This document shows positions 35,505-41,485 of a stretch of DNA of 41,485 nucleotides, one piece after another. The number at the start of each line of letters is the position of its first letter. Within the stretch, counting starts at the first letter, position 1. The translations under genes were made by a program, and so were the position numbers. The notes under the pieces are model-generated. The model was not told where the DNA came from. It worked only from the letters and a program-made list of their open reading frames with translations, and made no database searches. Location: contig JBKBIN010000010.1 of assembly GCA_046296715.1 (NCBI GenBank), positions 1 to 41,485 of the forward strand, read 5' to 3'. This stretch comes from Candidatus Ratteibacteria bacterium (GTDB taxonomy: Bacteria; Ratteibacteria; UBA8468; B48-G9; JAFGKM01).

Positions 35505-36599
35505 ATGAAAGAAAAAATAGTGATTTTAAAATGTGATGAGTATGATGAAAGTTTAATTTATAAAAAGTTAACTGAAGGAATTAAACTATTGAATTTAAAA
35601 AAGACTCCAGACAGAATTTTTATAAAACCAAATATGCTTTCTGCAAGAAATCCAAAAGAAGGAGTTACAACCCATCCTTCAATTTTATCTGCAATTATTG
35701 AAGTTTTTAAAAACAAAAAACTTATTATAGGTGATAGTCCTGCAGATATATCAAAACCAATTGAGGAATACTGGATGAAATGTGGATATAAAGAAATAAG
35801 TGAAAAATATAAAATTGAATTAAAAAAATTTGATTTATCAACATTTATTGATATCAAAATCAAAAATAAAATTTATAAAATACCAGTCACTTTCCTAATT
35901 AATGATTATTCTATTTTAAATGTTCCAAAATTCAAAACCCATAATTTAACAACTCTTACAATTGGTATTAAAAATTTATATGGATTAATACCAGGGATAA
36001 CTAAAACTGTTCTACATAGTAAATTTATAAATCCTTATGATTTTTCACTTTTTCTTGTTGAATTTTACAAAAAAATAGAAGATAAAATTTTTCTTACAAT
36101 TGTTGATGGAATAATTGCAATGGAAGGCGATGGTCCTTCTTCTGGAAAATTGAGAAAGTTAGGATATATAATAATTGGAGAAAAACCTATTTATGTTGAT
36201 TATGTCTGCTGTAAACTTATTGGAATAGAACCAGAAAAAGTTGACTTTATTAAAATTTATATGGAGAAATACGGAATTGAACAACCCGAAATATTTGGTA
36301 ATTTTGAACAAATAAAAAATTTTCAATTACCTTCTATGAAAAGATATTTCCTTATTAAAAATAATTTTTTTTCAAAGTTGCTTTTGCCAATTTCAAAGTT
36401 TTTTAAAATTATACCAGTTATAAAAAAAGAAAACTGTAGAAAATGTTATGCTTGTTATAATATCTGCCCGGTAAAAGCAATCTCAGATGACTTGAAATTC
36501 AAAAGAAAAAAATGTATACTTTGTTTATGTTGTTTTGAAGTTTGTCCATATAAAGCGATTAAGTTGAAAAAAAGTTTAATTGCAAAAATTTTTACTTAA
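35505..36599 (+). CDS. DUF362 domain protein with a C-terminal 2x[4Fe-4S] ferredoxin
   Basis: IKPNML, TTHP, GDSP, PKFKTH, IKNLYG, DGIIAMEGDGP; CRKCYACYNICP and CILCLCCFEVCP. Confidence 0.9.
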   Translation: MKEKIVILKCDEYDESLIYKKLTEGIKLLNLKKTPDRIFIKPNMLSARNPKEGVTTHPSILSAIIEVFKNKKLIIGDSPADISKPIEEYWMKCGYKEISEKYKIELKKFDLSTFIDIKIKNKIYKIPVTFLINDYSILNVPKFKTHNLTTLTIGIKNLYGLIPGITKTVLHSKFINPYDFSLFLVEFYKKIEDKIFLTIVDGIIAMEGDGPSSGKLRKLGYIIIGEKPIYVDYVCCKLIGIEPEKVDFIKIYMEKYGIEQPEIFGNFEQIKNFQLPSMKRYFLIKNNFFSKLLLPISKFFKIIPVIKKENCRKCYACYNICPVKAISDDLKFKRKKCILCLCCFEVCPYKAIKLKKSLIAKIFT

Positions 36600-36612
36600 A
36601 AAGGATAAAAAA

Positions 36613-37827
36613 ATGGAATATGAAAAAATTTTACCAGAGATTATACAAAAAAATGATAAAAAAATTTTACTTTTAGTTCTTGATGGAGTTGGTGGATTGC
36701 CTCATCCTGAAACTGGTAAAACAGAACTTGAAACAGCAAATATCCCAAATCTCAATTATTTTGCAAAAATTGGCTCTTGTGGTCTTTTAACTCCAGTTCT
36801 TCCTGGAATAACACCAGGAAGTGGACCTGGACATATTGCCCTTTTTGGTTACGATCCAATTGAAGTCCAAATTGGTAGAGGAATTCTTGAGTGTCTTGGA
36901 ATAGGTCTTGAAGTAAAAAAAGGAGAAATAGCAATAAGAGGGAATTTTGCTACAATAGATCAAAATAGAATTGTAATTGATAGAAGAGCAGGAAGAATAT
37001 CAACTGAAGATAATGAAAAAATTGTTAAGTTAATAAGTGAAAATATTAAAGAAATAAAAGGTGTAAAATTTAAAATTCAAACAGTTAAAGAACATAGATG
37101 TGCAATAGTAATGTCAGGAGAAAACTTATCTGTAGATATAACAGAAAATGACCCTGGAAAAGAAGGTTTACCTCTTAAAAATTTTGAACCAATTTCTGGA
37201 AAAGGGAAATTTATGGCAGAAATTTTGAATGAATTTGAAGAAAAAGTAATATTACTATTAAAAAATTTAAATTCAAAGGCCAATTGTTTACTTTTAAGGG
37301 GTTTTTCTACATACCCTGATATACAATCTTTTGAACAAAGGTATAAATTAAAAGCATGTTGTATAGCAACTTATCCAATGTATAAGGGATTATCTAAACT
37401 TGTTGGAATGGATATAATTAATTGTGGAGAAACAATAGAAGAAGAAATAGACACCTTGAAAAAAGTTTATAATGATTATGATTTCTTCTTTGTTCATATA
37501 AAAAAGACAGATAGTTTTGGTGAAGATGGTAATTTTGAAGGTAAAGTTAAAATACTTGAAGAGATAGATAAAAAAATTGAACCAATTAAAAATATGGATT
37601 TTGAGGCAATAGGAATCACTGGTGATCACTCTACTCCTTCAAGATTAAAAAGTCATTCATGGCATCCTGTCCCATTTGTTTTGGTTTCTCCAAATACATT
37701 ACCAGATAATGTAGAAAAATTTAACGAAAGAGAATGTGCAAAAGGAATTTTAGGTAATATTTATTCAAAAAACATCATGTATCTTTTATTAGCATGCTCT
37801 TTGAAACTTGGCAAGTTTGGAGCATAA
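36613..37827 (+). CDS. apgM: 2,3-bisphosphoglycerate-independent phosphoglycerate mutase (archaeal-type ApgM)
   Basis: LDGVGG, GKTELE.A..PN, GITPGSGPGH..LFGYDP, RGNFAT, DRRAGR, H.KKTD..GEDG, TGDHSTP, HSWHPVP motifs; start ATG 36613 (AAGGA). Confidence 0.9.
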   Translation: MEYEKILPEIIQKNDKKILLLVLDGVGGLPHPETGKTELETANIPNLNYFAKIGSCGLLTPVLPGITPGSGPGHIALFGYDPIEVQIGRGILECLGIGLEVKKGEIAIRGNFATIDQNRIVIDRRAGRISTEDNEKIVKLISENIKEIKGVKFKIQTVKEHRCAIVMSGENLSVDITENDPGKEGLPLKNFEPISGKGKFMAEILNEFEEKVILLLKNLNSKANCLLLRGFSTYPDIQSFEQRYKLKACCIATYPMYKGLSKLVGMDIINCGETIEEEIDTLKKVYNDYDFFFVHIKKTDSFGEDGNFEGKVKILEEIDKKIEPIKNMDFEAIGITGDHSTPSRLKSHSWHPVPFVLVSPNTLPDNVEKFNERECAKGILGNIYSKNIMYLLLACSLKLGKFGA

Positions 37828-37828
37828 A

Positions 37829-39124
37829 ATGTTTAAAGGTGGTGTCAAATTATTAGACTTCAAAAGTTTAAGTAAAGATGAGAAAATTGAAGAGTTTAAA
37901 GAACCGGATAAAGTTGTAATTCCCCTTTCTCAACATACAGGAGCACCAGCAAAACCTATAGTAAAGAAAGGCGATTATGTTGTTGAAGGACAAGTTATTG
38001 GTGAAATAAATGGTTTTATAAGTTCTTATATACATTCATCTATCTCAGGAAAAGTGGTTGATATTTTACCTTGGGATTTACCCACCAATAAAAAATTTTT
38101 AAGTATTGTTATTGAAAATGATGGAAAGAAAAAGAGTATTGAAAAAATTCAAAGGGATTGGTTAAAATTAGAAAGCAGTGAAATAATAAACATTGTAAGA
38201 GAATCTGGAATTGTTGGTTTAGGAGGAGCTGCTTTTCCAACCCATGTAAAATTAACCATTCCAGAAGGAAAAAAAGCAGAATTTATTATTATTAATGGAT
38301 GTGAATGTGAACCTTTTTTAACTTGTGATTATAGGGTTCTTAAAGAATATACAGACGAAGTTATTGAAGGTCTTCAAATTATATGTAAAGCAACAAATGT
38401 TAAAAAGGCATTCATTGGGATTGAACATAATAAAATTGATCTTGTTCCACTTCTTAATAATGCAATAAAAAATCTTAAAATATTCCTTGAAGTTGAAATA
38501 AAGATTCTGCCAGAAAAATATCCTCAAGGAAGTGAAAAACATTTGATCAAATCAATTTTAAATAGAGAAGTTCCATCTGGTGGATTACCAATTGATATTG
38601 GATGTTTAGTTTTTAATGTTCAAACAACTCTGGCAATAAAAAGAGCTGTCTGTGATGGAATACCTTTAATAGAAAGAATTTTAACCTGTACTGGTCTTGT
38701 AGAAAAGGCAAAAAATATAAAGGTTAAAATTGGAACTTTAATTTCTGAAATTTTAAATTATTGTAAAGGGGAGATAAAAGGTGGAAGAAAAATAGTTGTT
38801 GGTGGACCGATGATGGGAATTCAGATACCAAACCCAGATGTTCCAGTTATAAAAGGGACTACTGGTATTTTATTGCTTCCAGAAGAAAATTTACCTGAAA
38901 AAATTCAACCCTGTATTAGATGTGGAAAATGTCTTGAAGTTTGTCCAATGTTTCTCGTTCCAAGTGAAATAGGCAGATATGTTGAAAAAGATAGATTTGA
39001 TAAATGTGAAAATTTAAATGTATTTGATTGTATTGAATGTGGTTGCTGTAGTTATATATGTCCAGCAAAAAGACCACTTGTAGATTTTGTAAAATATGCA
39101 AAATTTAAATTGAAGAAAAAATGA
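37829..39124 (+). CDS. rnfC: Rnf electron transport complex subunit C
   Basis: QHTGAP, GIVGLGGAAFPT.VK, NGCECEP.LT.D, YPQGSEK, GGPMMG, two 4Fe-4S motifs; start ATG 37829 (GGAG). Confidence 0.95.
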   Translation: MFKGGVKLLDFKSLSKDEKIEEFKEPDKVVIPLSQHTGAPAKPIVKKGDYVVEGQVIGEINGFISSYIHSSISGKVVDILPWDLPTNKKFLSIVIENDGKKKSIEKIQRDWLKLESSEIINIVRESGIVGLGGAAFPTHVKLTIPEGKKAEFIIINGCECEPFLTCDYRVLKEYTDEVIEGLQIICKATNVKKAFIGIEHNKIDLVPLLNNAIKNLKIFLEVEIKILPEKYPQGSEKHLIKSILNREVPSGGLPIDIGCLVFNVQTTLAIKRAVCDGIPLIERILTCTGLVEKAKNIKVKIGTLISEILNYCKGEIKGGRKIVVGGPMMGIQIPNPDVPVIKGTTGILLLPEENLPEKIQPCIRCGKCLEVCPMFLVPSEIGRYVEKDRFDKCENLNVFDCIECGCCSYICPAKRPLVDFVKYAKFKLKKK

Positions 39125-40047
39125 AAAGTAAAATTTATTGTTCACCACATATACATAGTTCTGAAACAACTGGAAAAATTATGTTTTATGTAATTGTTTC
39201 ACTTATTCCAGCATTAATAGGAAGTATATATTTCTTTGGGTTTTATGTTCTTAAAGTCATACTTGTTTCAATAATTTCCTGTGTTTTGAGCGAACTCTTA
39301 TTTCAGATTTTAATGAAGAAAGAAATAAGAATATCTGATGGGAGCGCTATTGTTACTGGAATCCTTTTTGCCTTTGTCCTTCCACCAAGAATTCCTTTAT
39401 GGATTGTTGCATTAGGTGGATTTCTTGCTATTTTTCTTGTAAAGGAACTTTTTGGAGGTATTGGATTTAATATTTTTAATCCTGCTTTAACAGTAAGAGC
39501 AATTTTACTTGCATCTTATCCAGTTGAAATGACTAAATTTACAAAACCATTTGACTATAATATTGATGCTATAACTTCACCTACTCCTTTGTTTATTATT
39601 AGGGAAAAAATTAATGAACAACTACCATCTTTGTGGCAAATGTTTATAGGGAATAGAAGCGGCTGTATTGGAGAAACAAGTGTTTTACTTTTACTTTTAG
39701 GTGCGATATTCCTTTTATATAAAAAGGTTATAACATGGCATATTCCAATTTCATATATTTTAACAGTAGCAGTTTTATCTTTATTCACAAATGAAAATTT
39801 AGGATATCAAATAATGGCAGGAGGCCTTATTCTTGGAGCATTTTTTATGGCAACTGATTATGTCACTTCTCCAATTACAAAAAGGGGTAAAATAATATTT
39901 GGAATTGGATGTGGATTAATAACATTTTTAATTAGAAAAGTCGGTGGGTATCCGGAAGGAGTTTGTTATTCAATATTATTTATGAATATGCTTGTTCCTT
40001 TAATAAATAGATATACTTTACCTAAAAAATTTGGAAGTAAAAAATGA
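39121..40047 (+). CDS. rnfD: Rnf subunit D
   Basis: SPH, D.SA.VTG.L, K.LFGG.G.N.FNPA, GCIGETS, GAFFMATDYVTSP, GYPEGV motifs. Confidence 0.95.
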   Translation: MKSKIYCSPHIHSSETTGKIMFYVIVSLIPALIGSIYFFGFYVLKVILVSIISCVLSELLFQILMKKEIRISDGSAIVTGILFAFVLPPRIPLWIVALGGFLAIFLVKELFGGIGFNIFNPALTVRAILLASYPVEMTKFTKPFDYNIDAITSPTPLFIIREKINEQLPSLWQMFIGNRSGCIGETSVLLLLLGAIFLLYKKVITWHIPISYILTVAVLSLFTNENLGYQIMAGGLILGAFFMATDYVTSPITKRGKIIFGIGCGLITFLIRKVGGYPEGVCYSILFMNMLVPLINRYTLPKKFGSKK

Positions 40048-40586
40048 GTAAAAAAGAAATTTTATATGGAATACTGGTACTTACATTCATCTGTGTCCTT
40101 TCTGGATATCTTCTTGCTCAAGTTTATAACACTACAAAACCTAAAATTGAAGAAGTAAAAAAACAAGAAGAGGAAAAATTAAACAGAGAAATATTTCCTG
40201 AAGGTGTAAAGTTTGAGGAGAAAGAAATAAATAAAATTAAATATCTTTCTGTTTTGAATGCAAATAATGAAGAAATAGGTAAAATTTTTGAAGTAAAAAC
40301 ACTTGGTTATGGCGGATATATTTATTTAAAAATTGGCCTTGATAATGAAAACAAAATAAAGAAAGTAAAAGTTAAGCAACATAATGAAACACCAGGACTT
40401 GGTTCAAAAATAACACAAGATAGTTTTTTAAATCAATTTATAGGAAAAACAAAAGATGAAATTTACTTAAAAAAAGATAAAATAGAAGGAAAAATAGATA
40501 CAATAACAGGAGCAACTATTTCTTCAAGAGCAATAACAGATGGTATTAGAAAATTATTGGAGGAAATAATTGAAAAAAATAATTGA
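40044..40586 (+). CDS. rnfG: Rnf subunit G (FMN-binding)
   Basis: N-terminal TM; GYGG, ETPGLG, DTITGATISS motifs. Confidence 0.93.
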   Translation: MSKKEILYGILVLTFICVLSGYLLAQVYNTTKPKIEEVKKQEEEKLNREIFPEGVKFEEKEINKIKYLSVLNANNEEIGKIFEVKTLGYGGYIYLKIGLDNENKIKKVKVKQHNETPGLGSKITQDSFLNQFIGKTKDEIYLKKDKIEGKIDTITGATISSRAITDGIRKLLEEIIEKNN

Positions 40587-41175
40587 TTTTAAAGTTTTTT
40601 TAAATGGTATTTGGAAGGAAAATCCGATACTTTTTATTATGCTTGGATTGTGTCCTGTTTTAGCTGTAAGTGGTTCTGTAAAAGATGCTCTTGGTATGGG
40701 AATTGCGGTCATTTTTGTTCTTACTGGTTCAAATATGGTCATCTCTTTAATCAGAAAAATAGTTCCCTCTTATGTAAGAATTCCTGTTTTTATAGTTGTT
40801 ATTGCTACTTTTGTCACAATTACTGATTATGTTCTTGCTGCCTATTCACCTCAAATTCACCGAAATCTTGGTGTATATCTTCCTTTAATAGTTGTCAACT
40901 GTATTATTCTTGGTAGAGCAGAAGGATTTGCTTCTAAAAACAATATATTTAACTCTATTCTTGATGGACTTGGAATGGGTATCGGATTTACATTTATAAT
41001 ATTTATTATTTCATCAATAAGAGAGATACTTGGAAATGGTACTTTTATGGGAAAGAGTTTATTTACTAATTTTAATCCTTTTCTAATTATGATTATGCCA
41101 CCTGGTGCATTTTTAGTTATAGGTATTTTAATTGCTTTAAAACAGAAAATTGAAAAAGGCAAAAAATTATGTTAA
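40570..41175 (+). CDS. rnfE: Rnf subunit E
   Basis: ENP...LGLCP.LAV, RIP.FI..IA.FVT, PLIVVNC.ILGRAE, RE.LG.G, PPGAF motifs. Confidence 0.95.
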   Translation: MKKIIDFKVFLNGIWKENPILFIMLGLCPVLAVSGSVKDALGMGIAVIFVLTGSNMVISLIRKIVPSYVRIPVFIVVIATFVTITDYVLAAYSPQIHRNLGVYLPLIVVNCIILGRAEGFASKNNIFNSILDGLGMGIGFTFIIFIISSIREILGNGTFMGKSLFTNFNPFLIMIMPPGAFLVIGILIALKQKIEKGKKLC

Positions 41176-41485
41176 ATGAAACGAATTTATTTTTTATATT
41201 TTTATCGGCTTTCTTGATTAACAATATTTTACTTATAAGATTCTTGGGACTCTGTTCTTTTATTGGGATTTCAACAAATATAAAATCATCAATAGGAATG
41301 GGTATTGCTGTTGTATTTGTGACTGTTATGGCTTGCAGTATAAGTTGGGCTGTTTATAATTTTCTGCTTATCCCTTTACACTTAGAATATTTAAGAACAA
41401 TTACTTTTATTTTAACAATTGCTTCCTTTGTTCAGTTTGAAGAAATGATAATAAGAAAAAAATTACCTACATTATATCGTGCCTT
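41169..41485 (+). CDS. rnfA: Rnf subunit A (3' end outside the window; absent from the ORF track)
   Basis: Hand translation from ATG 41169: MLNETNLFFIFLSAFLINNILLIRFLGLCSFIGIS...GMGIAVVFV...YLRTITFILTIASFVQ; open to the window edge. Confidence 0.93.
   Translation, partial: MLNETNLFFIFLSAFLINNILLIRFLGLCSFIGISTNIKSSIGMGIAVVFVTVMACSISWAVYNFLLIPLHLEYLRTITFILTIASFVQFEEMIIRKKLPTLYRA

Noticed and set aside
774..41162. About 30 short ORF-track entries nested in or antisense to long genes (e.g. 774-995, 11123-11329, 19455-19790, 26559-26876, 35558-35863, 40857-41162)
   Set aside because: They overlap well-supported genes, are F/I/L/S-rich as expected for shadow frames of AT-rich coding DNA, and show no RBS or recognisable motifs.
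1..41485. CRISPR arrays, IS elements, prophage, defence or toxin-antitoxin genes, riboswitches
   Set aside because: No regularly spaced repeats, no transposase, integrase or nuclease motifs, and intergenic regions are too short and AT-rich for a riboswitch or T-box (including upstream of thrC). Checked by eye only.

Overview
A very AT-rich, gene-dense bacterial chromosome segment, apparently from an anaerobe (Rnf complex, corrinoid reductive activator, Fe-S proteins). I see no mobile element, prophage, CRISPR array or rRNA. Left to right: the 3' part of a sugar-utilisation operon (GH106-like glycosidase fragment, TIM-barrel sugar epimerase, ASKHA/RACo Fe-S protein) converging on a KDG-type PfkB kinase. 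Next is a metal-homeostasis cluster: DUF318 permease, TIGR03943 protein, a probable C-rich sRNA, a Fur-family regulator with a perfect operator palindrome, and a His/Cys-rich membrane protein. Then murG-murC-nnrE with two large exported repeat proteins; a PP-loop sulfurtransferase plus UPF0280; CBS protein plus ArsB/NhaD-type transporter; rpsB-tsf; a transglutaminase-like protein; tRNA-Leu and HU; thrC, an apgM-like gene and a trkA-trkA-small ORF-trkH operon; miaB; tRNA-Arg and tRNA-Lys; ROK repressor, DegT-type aminotransferase and ald; a DUF362 Fe-S protein, a second apgM, and rnfCDGEA (cut by the window edge). Most of it is housekeeping. The best candidates for undescribed biology are the Fur/sRNA/internal-repeat membrane protein module, the RACo inside a sugar operon, the ROK-DegT-Ald unit, the exported HEAT-CBM9 / TPR-propeller pair, an unannotated 44-aa membrane protein in the Trk operon, and repeated leaderless-promoter architecture. 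All family calls come from motif recognition by eye; no searches were run.
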